Source: Nannocystis bainbridge
GTDB taxonomy: Bacteria > Myxococcota_A > Polyangia > Nannocystales > Nannocystaceae
NCBI RefSeq assembly: GCF_028368995.1
Contig: NZ_JAQNDL010000001.1
Location: 3,040,001 to 3,104,000, forward strand
Direction: 5' to 3'
DNA: 64,000 bases
In this document: piece by piece, positions 17,895 to 28,450 of the stretch
How positions within the stretch are numbered: position 1 is the first letter of the stretch
Layout of the letters: every line of letters starts with the position of its first letter
Translations under genes and position numbers: made by a program
Notes under the pieces: model-generated
What the model was told of the DNA's origin: nothing
What the model saw: the letters and a program-made list of their open reading frames with translations, nothing else
Database searches by the model: none

Positions 17895-18062
17895 CTCCTA
17901 CGATTCGCGCCCGCGACGTTTTTGCTTCGACCCCGAAGCAAGCACCGCGAACTACGATTATTCCCTGACTCCCGACCACACCTGGCGGGCGCACCCACCG
18001 CCCGCGGCGACTCACGACATCCGCCTTGAGCCTGGCGCGCGCCCCCACTACTGTCGCGCGCC

Positions 18063-19847
18063 GTGCCGCGCCGCTCGCCCGCGATCGTCTCCCCCGCCGC
18101 CCTTTTCGCGCTCGCCTGCGCCTGCACCGTCACGCGCTCAGCCCCACCTGCCCGCGAGCCGCAGCCCGCGGCTGCCCAGGCCCCCGCGACCGCGCCCGAG
18201 CCCGTCGCCTACGCCCTCTCGCCCGTGTTCGAGCAGGACGCGCTCGTCGCCTTGCAAGTCGAGATCCGCCTGCGCGGCGACGCTGACGGCCTCACGCGCC
18301 TCAAGCTGCCCGAGCAGTGGGGCGACGCCCGCGAGCTGTGGAAGTTGATCCGCGACCTCGAGGTCGAGGGCGCCACCGCCGTCGCCGAGGACGGCCCCAC
18401 CGTGCGCACGATCGCCGCCCCCGCCGGCGCCCCGCTGCAGATCCGCTACCGCCTCGTCTCCGGCTTCGACCACGACCCGACCTCCGAGGACGGCCAGCCG
18501 TTCAAGCCGATCATCCGGCCGACCTGGTTCGACGTGTTCGGCGAGTCGCTGTTCGCCTATCCCGAGGGCCGCGAGGACGACCCTGCCCGCTTCGAGTGGC
18601 GCGGCGCCCCGGCCGGCTTCGGCTTCGCCAGCGACCTCGAGCACCTCGCCGGCGCCCGGCCCGGCGTCGTCGGCGACGTCGTCGAGAGCGTCGTCATCGG
18701 CGGCCGCGACCTCAGCGTCCGCACCGACCCCGGCGGTCAGGTGCGCGTGGCGATCCTCGGCAGCTACGACTTCGGCCACGACGCCTTCTTCGACCTCTCG
18801 CTGGCCGTCATCGCCGCCGAGCGCGAGTTCTGGGGCGACAAGGACGGCGCCTTCCTGATCACCCTCGCCCCGCAGCAGAAGATCGCCGGCAGCCTGACCT
18901 ACGGCGGCACCGGCCGGTCCGACGCCTTCACCCTCAGCGTCTCGCAGGACCTCCCGTTCCCGCCGCTGCGCCACCTCCTGGCCCACGAGTATTTCCACAC
19001 CTGGAACGCGCGCCAGCTGGGCGGCCAGGCCGAGGGCCTCGCCGAGGGCGCCGGCAAGTGGTTCGCCGAGGGCTTCACCGAGTTCTACACCTGGCGCCTG
19101 CTGCTGCGCGCCGGCCTCTACAGCCTCGAGGACTTCGTCGCCGCCTGGAACACCGGCCTCGTCGAGTACTGGACCTCGCCGGTGCGCGACGAGCCCAACG
19201 CGCGGATCGTCGCCGACTACTGGAACGACCACACCGTCAGCCGCCTGCCCTACCGCCGCGGCCCGCTGCTCGCCGCGATCTGGGAGCAGCGGCTGCGCCA
19301 GGCCACCGGCGGCGCGCGCGACCTCGACGACGTCATGAAGGCCATGCGGGCCAAGGTGCAGGCCTCCCCCGTCAAGCTCGCGCCCGACGCCGCCAGCGTG
19401 TTCCCGCCGGTCTACCGCGAGCTCGGCGGCCCCGACCTCGCCGACGACCTCGAGCGCTTCGTCGTCCAGGGCGTTGCCATCCGCCTGCCGGCCGACGTGT
19501 TCGGCCCGTGTTTGCGCGTCGTCGACAGCCTCCGCCACGAGTTCGAGCGCGGCTGGGACGTCGACGCCACCGCCGCCGCCGACCGCGTCATCACCGGCCT
19601 GCGCAAGGGCTCGCCCGCCTGGCGCGCCGGCCTGCGCGACGGCATGAAGGTCGTCGAGCGCATCGCCGGCGAGCCCGGCGACTCGACCGTGCCCTACGTC
19701 CTGCGCGTCCGCGACGGCAAGCGCGAGCGCCAGATCTCCTTCAAACCCGAGGGCGAACGGCAGTTCCCCATGCAGCAGCTCGAGCTCGCCCCGGGCCTCA
19801 CGCCCGAGCGGCGAGCCGCCTGCGCCCGCGAGCTGTCCGGCGCCTGA
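18063..19847 (+). CDS. M61 family metallopeptidase (lipoprotein, C-terminal PDZ-like)
   Basis: LLAHEYFHTWN, WFAEGFTEFY, GSPAWRAGLRDG. Confidence 0.88.
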   Translation: MPRRSPAIVSPAALFALACACTVTRSAPPAREPQPAAAQAPATAPEPVAYALSPVFEQDALVALQVEIRLRGDADGLTRLKLPEQWGDARELWKLIRDLEVEGATAVAEDGPTVRTIAAPAGAPLQIRYRLVSGFDHDPTSEDGQPFKPIIRPTWFDVFGESLFAYPEGREDDPARFEWRGAPAGFGFASDLEHLAGARPGVVGDVVESVVIGGRDLSVRTDPGGQVRVAILGSYDFGHDAFFDLSLAVIAAEREFWGDKDGAFLITLAPQQKIAGSLTYGGTGRSDAFTLSVSQDLPFPPLRHLLAHEYFHTWNARQLGGQAEGLAEGAGKWFAEGFTEFYTWRLLLRAGLYSLEDFVAAWNTGLVEYWTSPVRDEPNARIVADYWNDHTVSRLPYRRGPLLAAIWEQRLRQATGGARDLDDVMKAMRAKVQASPVKLAPDAASVFPPVYRELGGPDLADDLERFVVQGVAIRLPADVFGPCLRVVDSLRHEFERGWDVDATAAADRVITGLRKGSPAWRAGLRDGMKVVERIAGEPGDSTVPYVLRVRDGKRERQISFKPEGERQFPMQQLELAPGLTPERRAACARELSGA

Positions 19848-19853
19848 CCAATA

Positions 19854-19905
19854 GGACATGTTCTCCGGAGCATGCCCGATCGGACATGCCCTTCAGAGCA
19901 TGTTC
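19854..19905. repeat. 14-bp-phased CATG array (4 units)
   Basis: CATG at 19857, 19871, 19885, 19899, filling the gap between convergent genes. Confidence 0.88.
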
Positions 19906-19911
19906 GAACGT

Positions 19912-22185
19912 TCAGCGGCGGACGAAGTGGGCCGCCAGGCGACGGATCTCGCGCATCAGCCGGTTGCGCGAGTACATGCCCTTCTGGATGACCTGCTCGA
20001 CGCGGCCGCCGAGGCGCTCCCAGTCGTCGCGGGCCAGCTCCTGGGCCGTCATCACCGCCACCGGCACGCGCACGAACTCGGGGCGGCTGCGGATCCGCTG
20101 CAGCACCTCGTAGCCGTCGAGCTCGGGGATCTTCAGGTCGAGCAAGATCAGGCCCGGCCGGCTCTTCTCGATCAGGTCGAGCGCCTGCGGGCCGGTGCTG
20201 GCCACCCGCACCGACCAGCCCTCCTCGAGCAGGGTCCGCTGCAGCAGCTCGCGCAGGCCCTCGTCGTCCTCGACCACCAGGATGTAGCCGTCGCGCACCG
20301 GCACCAGCCGCTGGATGCTGGCCACCAGCTGCTCGCGGCGCAGCGGCTTGGTCAGGTAGTCGTCGGCCCCGAGCGCCAGCCCGAGCGGCTTCTCGTCGAG
20401 CATGCTGACCACCACCACCGCCGTGCCCTTGAGGTCGGGGTCGGCGCGGATCGCCTGCAGCACCGCCCAGCCGTCCATCCCTGGCATCATGATGTCGAGC
20501 GCGATCACCACCGGCTTGAGCCGCTTGGCCAGCGCCAGGCCCTCCTTGCCGGTCGCCGCGCCGTAGACCTCGAGCCCCTCGCGGCTCAAGATCCGCTCCA
20601 TCAGGTCGTAGACGTTGGGGTCGTCGTCGATGACCAGCATCGCCTGCGGCGCCGCGTCGTTGCGCGGCCCGACCGGCAGGCTCGGCTCGCGCGAGCCCTC
20701 CTCGGCCGGCAGGCTGGCGCCGATCACCCGCGCCGGCAGGCGCACGCGGAACGTCGAGCCGGTGCCGGGGGCGCTCTCGACCGCGATCTCGCCGGCCATC
20801 ATCTGGCAGAAGCGGCGGCTGATCGCCAGGCCGAGGCCGGTCCCGCCGTACTTGCGGGTGGTCGACGAGTCGCCCTGATAAAACGTCTGGAACAGCCGGT
20901 TCGTCTGCTCCGCCGACATGCCGATGCCGTTGTCGGCGACCACGAACTCGAACCAGTCCTGGCTGCGGTCGCGCGGCCCGCCGGGCTCGGCCGCGGCGCT
21001 CGGCAGCCGGCTCACCTCGAGCGCGATGCGCCCGCGCTCGGTGAACTTGGCGGCGTTGCTGAGCAGGTTGAACAGCACCTGCCGCACCTTGGTCAGGTCG
21101 GCCGTCATCTCGCCGAGGTCCTCGGCGATGTGCAGGTCGAACACGTTGTTGTTCTGCGTCATCAGCCGCTGCGCCGTGTTGCACACGTCGTTCAGCATGC
21201 CCTGCACCGAGAACGACTCGATGTGCAGCTCCATCCGCCCGGCCTCGATCTTCGACAGGTCGAGGATGTCGCTGATGATCCCGAGCAGGTGGTTGCCGGC
21301 GCCGTGGATCTTGTGCACGTCGACGGCGACCTGGTCGCGACGCCCGCGCAGCTCCTCGAGCACGATCTCCGAGTAGCCGATGATCGCGTTGAGCGGCGTC
21401 CGCAGCTCGTGGCTCATGTTGGCCAAGAAGGCGCTCTTGGCCCGGCTGGCCTCGATCGCCTCGTCGCGCGCCACCTCGAGCTTCTCGTTCAGCTCGCGCA
21501 GCCGCTGCTCCGAGCGCACGCTCTCGCTGATGTCCGTCGCCACCCCGATCGCGCCCAGCTGGGTCCCGTGCGCGTCGTGGAACGGCGCCGTCCAGGTCTC
21601 GAAGTGGCGGTCGGTGAACTCGAACACCCCGCGCAGGCTCAGGCCCTTGAGCGCCCGCCGGACCCCGTCGAGCAGCGCCGGCAGCCCGGCGAACACCTCG
21701 TACACCGGCTCGCCGAGGTAGCCGCGCGGCTCGAGCCCCAGCGCCTGCAGGCCGCGGCCCTCGAGCAGCAGCAGCGCACCGCGGACGTCGGTCGCCAGCA
21801 GCACGATCGGCACGTTGGCGACCACGCTGCGCAGCACCTCGCCCTGCAGCGCGCGCGGGTCCTCGGCCGGGCGCCCGACCACGCACACCTCGTCGCAACC
21901 TGCCTCTCGGACCATGGTCCAAGCGACAGCCAGCTCGCCGGCCCGCGGGCGACAGACCACTCGCGCCGTCTCGCCCGCCAGAGCGCGGCGCCAGGCCTCT
22001 AGCCACGCCGGCTGGTCGACCGAACGCAGCAGTTCGACGAACTGCATGCCGAGCGGCGGGCCGCCGAACAGCTGCCGCAGGCCGGCGTTGGCCGCCTGCA
22101 GCTCGCCGCCGGTGCCGAGGACGGCGAGCCAATCGCTCGACAGATCGAGGAGGCGGGAGAGGCTCGCGCTCACGAGGTTCGGCAT
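19912..22185 (-). CDS. hybrid sensor histidine kinase (PAS, HisKA, HATPase, two receivers)
   Basis: [37 protein letters not shown] and two REC domains. Confidence 0.95.
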   Translation of the reverse strand: MPNLVSASLSRLLDLSSDWLAVLGTGGELQAANAGLRQLFGGPPLGMQFVELLRSVDQPAWLEAWRRALAGETARVVCRPRAGELAVAWTMVREAGCDEVCVVGRPAEDPRALQGEVLRSVVANVPIVLLATDVRGALLLLEGRGLQALGLEPRGYLGEPVYEVFAGLPALLDGVRRALKGLSLRGVFEFTDRHFETWTAPFHDAHGTQLGAIGVATDISESVRSEQRLRELNEKLEVARDEAIEASRAKSAFLANMSHELRTPLNAIIGYSEIVLEELRGRRDQVAVDVHKIHGAGNHLLGIISDILDLSKIEAGRMELHIESFSVQGMLNDVCNTAQRLMTQNNNVFDLHIAEDLGEMTADLTKVRQVLFNLLSNAAKFTERGRIALEVSRLPSAAAEPGGPRDRSQDWFEFVVADNGIGMSAEQTNRLFQTFYQGDSSTTRKYGGTGLGLAISRRFCQMMAGEIAVESAPGTGSTFRVRLPARVIGASLPAEEGSREPSLPVGPRNDAAPQAMLVIDDDPNVYDLMERILSREGLEVYGAATGKEGLALAKRLKPVVIALDIMMPGMDGWAVLQAIRADPDLKGTAVVVVSMLDEKPLGLALGADDYLTKPLRREQLVASIQRLVPVRDGYILVVEDDEGLRELLQRTLLEEGWSVRVASTGPQALDLIEKSRPGLILLDLKIPELDGYEVLQRIRSRPEFVRVPVAVMTAQELARDDWERLGGRVEQVIQKGMYSRNRLMREIRRLAAHFVRR

Positions 22186-22238
22186 GCCCGGACGGCGCCC
22201 ATGGTAGCCGGACGGGCAGCAAAAAGGCTATGCGCGCT

Positions 22239-23081
22239 CTACTTCGCCCCGAACACTTGGGTCCACAAGTGGCCCCATTGACCGCCGGGGTAGTACCCGA
22301 CGCCGATGTGCTCGAACGCGGGGTTCATGATGTTGGCGCAGTGGCCGTCGCTGTTCATCCACTGGTCCATCGTTCCGGCGGCGTCGGGCGAGCCGCCGGC
22401 GATGTTCTCGCCCGCGTTGCTGTAGCTGCCGTAACCCGCCTTGCCCATCCGGTCCCACGGCGGCTCGCCGTCCGGGTTGGTGTGATCGAAGAAGTCGCGG
22501 TCGCTCATGTCCTTGGAGTGCATGCGCGCGGCGCACCGCAGCGCCGGGTCCATCGACAACGGGCCCGCGGGCCCGAAATTGCCCTGCGCGCCGCAGTTCG
22601 CGCCCTCCGCCCGCCGCTGGTTGACCAGCGCAAGGACGTCCTCCTCGAGCTGCTTCCAGGCGGGATCCCAGCCCTTGGCCGGCTCGCAGTACGGCACCCC
22701 GTCGGGCACGTCCGGGTTGGCCGGCTCGCCCGTGGTCGTCGTCGAGGCGGTGCCCGGATCGGTGGTGCCCGGATCGGTGGTCGTCGTCGTGTCCGGACCG
22801 GTGGTCACATCGGGACCGGTCGTCATCGGCGGCGCCGTGGTCCCCGTCGCGGACTCTCCGCCCGTCGTGAGCGCCGGCGCCGTGGTGGTGAGGTCGGCGT
22901 CCGTGGTCGTGCCGGGATCGCCGCTGGTGCCCGTCGTCACACCGCCGTCGCTGCCGTCGCCCTCGCTGGTGTCGGGGCCGGTGCCGGAGATCGGGACCGT
23001 GTCGTCGGCGCCGATCCCCGAATAACAACCGGCGACGAGCACCGCGAGCACCACCGCCGAGACGCGAAGCGAACTGAGCAT
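22239..23081 (-). CDS. CAP (SCP-like) domain lipoprotein
   Basis: LVAGC lipobox, Thr-rich linker, AARMHSKDM, GENIA, WMNSDGHCANIM, WTQVFG. Confidence 0.9.
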   Translation of the reverse strand: MLSSLRVSAVVLAVLVAGCYSGIGADDTVPISGTGPDTSEGDGSDGGVTTGTSGDPGTTTDADLTTTAPALTTGGESATGTTAPPMTTGPDVTTGPDTTTTTDPGTTDPGTASTTTTGEPANPDVPDGVPYCEPAKGWDPAWKQLEEDVLALVNQRRAEGANCGAQGNFGPAGPLSMDPALRCAARMHSKDMSDRDFFDHTNPDGEPPWDRMGKAGYGSYSNAGENIAGGSPDAAGTMDQWMNSDGHCANIMNPAFEHIGVGYYPGGQWGHLWTQVFGAK

Positions 23082-23194
23082 GCTCCGACCTTAGCCTCCG
23101 CGTCGCGCGGACCTCAAGCCCTCATCATCGGCGACGCCGTTCATGGGGCCTCGGGACGACATCTGGCGCGCGAGCCTCCGGGTAACCTCCCCCC

Positions 23195-23557
23195 ATGCCC
23201 AAGCTCATCGCCCAGCCCACGCGCGTCGTCGCCGACGGCGAGCCGCCCAAGCTCATCGACGAGTACGTCGGCCGCGTCAACACCCACGCGACCGCCGTCA
23301 GCATCGCCCACATGCGCTCGCCTGCCGGCTGGCGCGAGCGCGGCCAGAGGCCCGAATTCGACGAGTACTCGCTGGTCCTGCGCGGCACCCTGCGGGTCGA
23401 ACACGAGGGCGGCATCCTCGACGTCGCGGCCGGCCAGGCCGTGCTGGTCCGCGGCGGCGAGCACGTCCGCTACAGCACCCCCGGCGACGAGGGCGCCGAG
23501 TACGTCGCGGTGTGCCTGCCCGCCTTCTCGCCCGAGACGGTCCACCGCGATCCATGA
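23195..23557 (+). CDS. cupin domain protein
   Basis: QRPEFDEYSLVLRG..AGQAVLV..EHVRYSTP. Confidence 0.85.
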   Translation: MPKLIAQPTRVVADGEPPKLIDEYVGRVNTHATAVSIAHMRSPAGWRERGQRPEFDEYSLVLRGTLRVEHEGGILDVAAGQAVLVRGGEHVRYSTPGDEGAEYVAVCLPAFSPETVHRDP

Positions 23558-23615
23558 CCGTATAGACATGTCTTCATGAGCATGTCGCAAAAGACATGCT
23601 CCATAGGACATGACC
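23550..23615. repeat. 14-bp-phased CATG array (5 units)
   Basis: CATG at 23553, 23567, 23581, 23595, 23609. Confidence 0.88.
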
Positions 23616-23649
23616 TTTCGGTCAGATCAATCGGGAGACGATGGCGGGC

Positions 23650-23908
23650 CGAGCGACCTGTCCCGCAGGACGAGCCACTCGCGCAGCGGACCACGAGCGG
23701 CTGACCCGTCCGCTCGCGCGCGGCCAGCTACGGACCGCCCGGTCCCACCGCGCCCGGCCTACGGGCGCGACCGCCAGTTCCACCGCGGCTGACCGCTCGC
23801 GCGGCCGGTCCACGAGCTGCTGATCCCGCTCACGCCCAGCCTGCGCAGGGCTGCCGACCGCTCGCGCGGCCGGGTAGCCCGGCGGGCGACCTGTCCCGCA
23901 GGACAGGC
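23650..23908. repeat. intergenic composite repeat
   Basis: GCGACCTGTCCCGCAGGAC at both ends, about three CCGCTCGCGCG-containing units inside. Confidence 0.6.
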
Positions 23909-23910
23909 CG

Positions 23911-25602
23911 TTACTTGCCGGTCGCCGGCGCCGCGGACGGGGCGTCGCCGTCGTCGCTCGAGGAAGCGCCCTCGGGCCGGTCGATGAGCACCCGGAACTC
24001 GATGCGGCGGTTCTTGGCGCGGGCCTTGGAGGTCTTGGCCGGATCGATCGGCTTGTCGGGGCCGAAGCCCGAGGTCTTGACGCGCGACTCCTCGATCCCG
24101 TGCTCGACCAGGTAGCGCTTTACCGAATCGGCGCGGCGCTGCGACAGCTCGAGGTTGAAGTCGCGGCCGCCGACATCGTCGGTGTGACCCTGGATCTCGA
24201 TCTTGAGGCTGGGGAACTCCTTGAGCACGCCGACCGCCACGTCGAGCGTCTTCTCCGAGCCCTTCTTGATCTTGTCGGAGCGGGTCTCGAAGTTGATGCC
24301 CTCGAGCGGGCGCTTGTCCCACTCCTTGGCCTTCTCGGGCAGCTTGTCCGGGCAGCCGTCGGTGTCCTCGAAGCCGTTGTACGACTCCGGGTGCATCGGG
24401 CACTTGTCGTCCTTGTCGATGATCTTGTCGCCGTCGGTGTCGGGCGGCGGCGGGCACCCGGGCGCCTCGGGCCACGGCTCGGTCGGGCACTGGTCGTCCG
24501 GATCGAGGATGCCGTCCTTGTCGGTGTCGGGCGGCGGGCAGCCGTCGGGCGCCACGCCGGCCTCGAACGGGCACTTGTCGACGCGGTCGAGGAAGGTGTC
24601 GTTGTCGGAGTCGATCGACGGGCAGCCGTCGGGCGGGTCGCCGGCCAGCTTCGGGCACTGGTCGACGTCGTTGAGCACGCCGTCCTTGTCCCAGTCGAGG
24701 TCCTTCGCGGCCGGCTGCGGGCGCACGCGCCCGAGCACCAGGCTGAAGCCCACGGTCACCTGCGCGTGGCTGGTGAACGCCGGCATCGGCTTGGCCGCCT
24801 TGGCCGAGACGATGTGGCGCGCGTCGACGCGGAACGCCGCCATGCGCGAGATGAAGATCTTGAGGCCGCCGCCCCAGTGGCCGGCCGGGTCGACGTCGCT
24901 GCCGAGGCCGTTGCCCGGCGAGCTGATGCCGAGCATGCCGTAACCGCCGAGCAGGAACGGCGTGACGCGGTACGGCAGCTGCAGCACCGCGCTGCCGCGC
25001 AGGCCGTAGACGAACGCCGGGCTGTTGTGCACGTTGCGGACGAACGTCGGCGTCGCCGAGAACTCGGCCTCGACGCCGAAGATCCGCAGCGGGAAGTAGC
25101 CGACGCGGGCACCGACCGCCGGGCCCAGCCGCCACAGCGCCTTGTGCTCGTCGGGCCGGCCGGCGATCGGCTTGTAGAGGTCGTGATCGTCGGGCGGCAG
25201 GTTGAGGCCGCCGAAGACCCCGAGCTCGAACAGGTGCCGCTCCGGCGAGTAGCGGTGGATCCACTTGCGGGTGTCTTTGACCTTGCCCGTCTTCTCGTCG
25301 AGGATCACGCCGTCGGGCGCCTGGCGCCTGCCCGACTTCCTGGCCTTCGGGACAGACGCGTCGGCCTTGACCTCGGCCTTGCCCGCGCCCGCGCTCGCCC
25401 CCGCCTGCACGCCCGCGCTCGCGGGGGCCGGCTCGGCCGCGGGCGTCGGTGCAGGCTCGGGCGCCGGCGCCGCCTCTGTCGCCGGATCGCTGGCCGTCGG
25501 CTCCTGGACGGCCGCGAGGGCCTCCGGCGAGGCCGCGGCAGCGAAGAGCAGCACGCCGGCGGGGATCAGAGCAGCGGTGCGGGGCTTGGAAATCAGGGTC
25601 AT
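23911..25602 (-). CDS. OmpA family protein with thrombospondin type-3 repeats
   Basis: Beta-barrel region, DxDxDG..DxCP repeats, GHTD..N..LSQRRA..V, NRRIEF. Confidence 0.92.
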   Translation of the reverse strand: MTLISKPRTAALIPAGVLLFAAAASPEALAAVQEPTASDPATEAAPAPEPAPTPAAEPAPASAGVQAGASAGAGKAEVKADASVPKARKSGRRQAPDGVILDEKTGKVKDTRKWIHRYSPERHLFELGVFGGLNLPPDDHDLYKPIAGRPDEHKALWRLGPAVGARVGYFPLRIFGVEAEFSATPTFVRNVHNSPAFVYGLRGSAVLQLPYRVTPFLLGGYGMLGISSPGNGLGSDVDPAGHWGGGLKIFISRMAAFRVDARHIVSAKAAKPMPAFTSHAQVTVGFSLVLGRVRPQPAAKDLDWDKDGVLNDVDQCPKLAGDPPDGCPSIDSDNDTFLDRVDKCPFEAGVAPDGCPPPDTDKDGILDPDDQCPTEPWPEAPGCPPPPDTDGDKIIDKDDKCPMHPESYNGFEDTDGCPDKLPEKAKEWDKRPLEGINFETRSDKIKKGSEKTLDVAVGVLKEFPSLKIEIQGHTDDVGGRDFNLELSQRRADSVKRYLVEHGIEESRVKTSGFGPDKPIDPAKTSKARAKNRRIEFRVLIDRPEGASSSDDGDAPSAAPATGK

Positions 25603-25657
25603 GCGGCGGCCGAGAAGGTGACTGCGAAGGGTACAGGAAAAGCGAGGAGAAATGGGC

Positions 25658-26128
25658 TCAGTAGCAGGCCAGGATCTGCGCGGCGCACTCGGCGGGCAGG
25701 TTGGGCTCGATGGCCAGCAGGTTGGCGAGATAACAGGCGGTACAGGTGCCGTCGTCGGGCATGCACTGCGGCATCGCGCTGCACAGCGGGACCACGCACT
25801 CGAACAGGTCGAACAGCGCCAGCCACTCCGCGGCGGTCAGCGGGGCCAGGCACTTGTCGAAGCACAGCTGCCACTCGCCCTCGAAGCTGTCCCACGCGTC
25901 GAGGTCGAGCGCGCAGTCTCGCGAGCACTCGAGCGCCTGGCGACAGCTCCAGTCCGACGGCGTCGGCTCGGTCGTCGAGGTCGACTCGACCGGCGGCTCG
26001 GTCGTGAACACCGGCACCACCGTCGGGTCGGCCTCCGTGGTCCCCGTGGTGCTCGGCGCCCAGACCTCGCGGTCGTCCGAGTTGCACGCCAACACGCCCG
26101 CGATCAGCAAGTAAGGCTTAACATCCAT
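25658..26128 (-). CDS. small Cys-rich lipoprotein
   Basis: GVLAC-NSDDRE start; CxxxxxCxxxC pattern; paralog of the neighbouring gene. Confidence 0.75.
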   Translation of the reverse strand: MDVKPYLLIAGVLACNSDDREVWAPSTTGTTEADPTVVPVFTTEPPVESTSTTEPTPSDWSCRQALECSRDCALDLDAWDSFEGEWQLCFDKCLAPLTAAEWLALFDLFECVVPLCSAMPQCMPDDGTCTACYLANLLAIEPNLPAECAAQILACY

Positions 26129-26245
26129 GTCCTGACCCGATGGCCAGGTCAGGCGGGATCCATCAGCGTCACGGGCCTCGGCCGGCGCGCGCACGAGCGG
26201 CCGGCGGGCGGGCGAGGCTGCGAGGCAAGAGCGCATGCTCGGCCC

Positions 26246-26761
26246 CTATTTGCACGCGTTCGCCTGGTCCACGCACTCCGGCGTCGGCGGATTGGTGGCG
26301 CTGAGCTTCTGCAGGTAGCATGCGTTACAATCGTCGCTGTCGCCGCCGTCCATGCAGGCCGGCGACGCCGAGCAGACCCCGACCACGCACTCGGTCAGGT
26401 CGAACAGCTTGAGCCACTCGACGTAGTTGATCTCGTCGAGGCAGTCGGTGAAGAAGCACGACTGCCAGTCGAACTCGGGCGGCGTCGGGTTGGGGATCTT
26501 GATCGCGCACTGGACCGCGCAGAAGATCGCGCTGCGGCACGTCTTCGGCGACGGCGGCGGCGGCGGCTCCGACGTCGTGTCCATCGGCTCGGCCGTGGTG
26601 AACGTCGGCACCTCGGTCGGGTCGATCTCGGTCGTCCCCGAGGTCGAGCCCGGGAACTGCTCGCGGTCGTCCGAGTTGCAGGCCGCTCCGGCGAGCGCCG
26701 CGGCCGCAGCCCACGCGAGGGCCCGAACCGAGAGGTGCAGGGGGGGGTGCGCCCGGGTCAT
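26246..26761 (-). CDS. small Cys-rich lipoprotein (paralog)
   Basis: GAAC-NSDDRE; EWLKLFDLTECVV matches EWLALFDLFECVV in the neighbour; start uncertain. Confidence 0.75.
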   Translation of the reverse strand: MTRAHPPLHLSVRALAWAAAAALAGAACNSDDREQFPGSTSGTTEIDPTEVPTFTTAEPMDTTSEPPPPPSPKTCRSAIFCAVQCAIKIPNPTPPEFDWQSCFFTDCLDEINYVEWLKLFDLTECVVGVCSASPACMDGGDSDDCNACYLQKLSATNPPTPECVDQANACK

Positions 26762-27043
26762 CTCCTGCACCATACCAGCGGCGGTCATGGCGACCAAATG
26801 TTCCTGTGCGGCCTGTGTCACCCGGACCACGCCCGATCTGTCGCTGGTGTCATCGGCCCCGGCCGTAGACTGCGAATGCGCGCGAACTCGCCTCGCTTGT
26901 CACTCGCCGCGAAAAGGTGCCAAAATGAGAGACCCAGGGCCGCCTGGGGCCATACGGCCGCTGCGCCGACGCCTGCACGCCTTCCCCCGTGCGCGCGGGC
27001 AAAACTCGCCTCTCGCGCCCTCCTGCCTTAAGGAACTTCTGAC

Positions 27044-28402
27044 ATGAGCCATCGACGCTTCGCCTCCACCGGCCTCGCTTACGTCCTCGCCCTGTGCGCC
27101 GCCTGCGACCTCGAGTCGTGCGTCCGCGGAGAGCAGCAGGAGCTCGACTGCAGCGACCACCAGGACGGCTTCGAAAAAGCCGTCGCGCGCGAGGGCGTCC
27201 TGCTCGAGGCGATCCCCGACAAGCCCAGCTTCCCGATGGCGCTCGTCATCAGCGAGCGCGGCATCGAGGAGCTGCTCAAGGGCATCACCAGCGACACCAA
27301 CCCGGTGGCCGGCGGCGACCTGTCGCTGTTTGGGCTCAACCTGCAGATCGTGCCCAAGAAGACCGAGGTCGAGCTGACCAGCGAGCTCGACAAGTGCAGC
27401 CGCTGCGTCATCTTCGCCGTCGACTTCGCGGTCCAGGCCGTCACCGACGGCGGCACCTCGCAGCTGGCGGGCAACGGCAAGTCGAAGATCAGCATCCCGC
27501 TGCGGCTCGAGGAGATCGACGGCGACACCAGCGCCCTGGTGGCCGCTTACGAAGAGCTGACGATCCTCGACCTCTCGCTGACGGCGATGGGCTTCATCAC
27601 CGCCGAGTACCCCGAGTTCGAGAAGGCGCTCGAGATCAAGATGACCGAGCTCATCCGCGAGCAGTCGGAGCCGGTCCAGCTGATGAAGTTCGAGCCGTGG
27701 ACGATCGGCACCAACTCGGTCAAGGTCGTCGCCAAAGAGTTCGCCATCTTCCCCGACGCCGGCGTCATCTCGCTCGGCATGCAGACCAACCTCGACCTGC
27801 CCAAGGCGGTCGCGCTCGAGGTCGGCCAGGCGCTCGACGGCGACGCGATGATGGCGGTGCAGATGCACCCCGGCCTGCTGCTCGGCATGGCCGAGCGCAT
27901 GCTCGCCGAGGGCGTTATCCCGCGCCGCTACGACGACGACGGCGCGCCCGACCCCGAAGGCGCGCAGGGCATCACGCTGACCGGCCTCGGCAAGAACGCC
28001 ATCGGCGCCAACGACCTCGACGTCACCTTCCGCGTGTGGCGCACCAAGGGCGACTACTGCGGCTACGCCAACGCGGTCAGCGTGCTGCGCCTGGACCTCC
28101 AGGACTCGGACGGCATCCAGGACCGCATCACCGTCGTCCCGACCGACGAGCTGCGCGTGCTCGACGGCGGCCAGGGCGTCGGCGAGCTCTACGAGGACAA
28201 CGCCGACCTGGTCGAGGAGAACAAGGGCCTCGTCGACCACTTCAAGCGCAGCCTCGCCGACCAGATCGGCATCACCGTCAACTACAACGAGCTCGCGGTC
28301 GACGGCCAGAACATCGTCTTCGACGCCACCGGGCTCACCGTCAGCGACAAGAAGATCGACATCCTGCTCGACTTCCTGGTGCTCGCCGCCGAGGGCGGCT
28401 GA
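27044..28402 (+). CDS. hypothetical lipoprotein
   Basis: LCAAC lipobox; typical GC3-rich codon usage. Confidence 0.75.
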   Translation: MSHRRFASTGLAYVLALCAACDLESCVRGEQQELDCSDHQDGFEKAVAREGVLLEAIPDKPSFPMALVISERGIEELLKGITSDTNPVAGGDLSLFGLNLQIVPKKTEVELTSELDKCSRCVIFAVDFAVQAVTDGGTSQLAGNGKSKISIPLRLEEIDGDTSALVAAYEELTILDLSLTAMGFITAEYPEFEKALEIKMTELIREQSEPVQLMKFEPWTIGTNSVKVVAKEFAIFPDAGVISLGMQTNLDLPKAVALEVGQALDGDAMMAVQMHPGLLLGMAERMLAEGVIPRRYDDDGAPDPEGAQGITLTGLGKNAIGANDLDVTFRVWRTKGDYCGYANAVSVLRLDLQDSDGIQDRITVVPTDELRVLDGGQGVGELYEDNADLVEENKGLVDHFKRSLADQIGITVNYNELAVDGQNIVFDATGLTVSDKKIDILLDFLVLAAEGG

Positions 28403-28450
28403 CCCGCCGCTCGCGGTGTGCTCGACTTCTCCTTACCCCTGGAATTCAGC

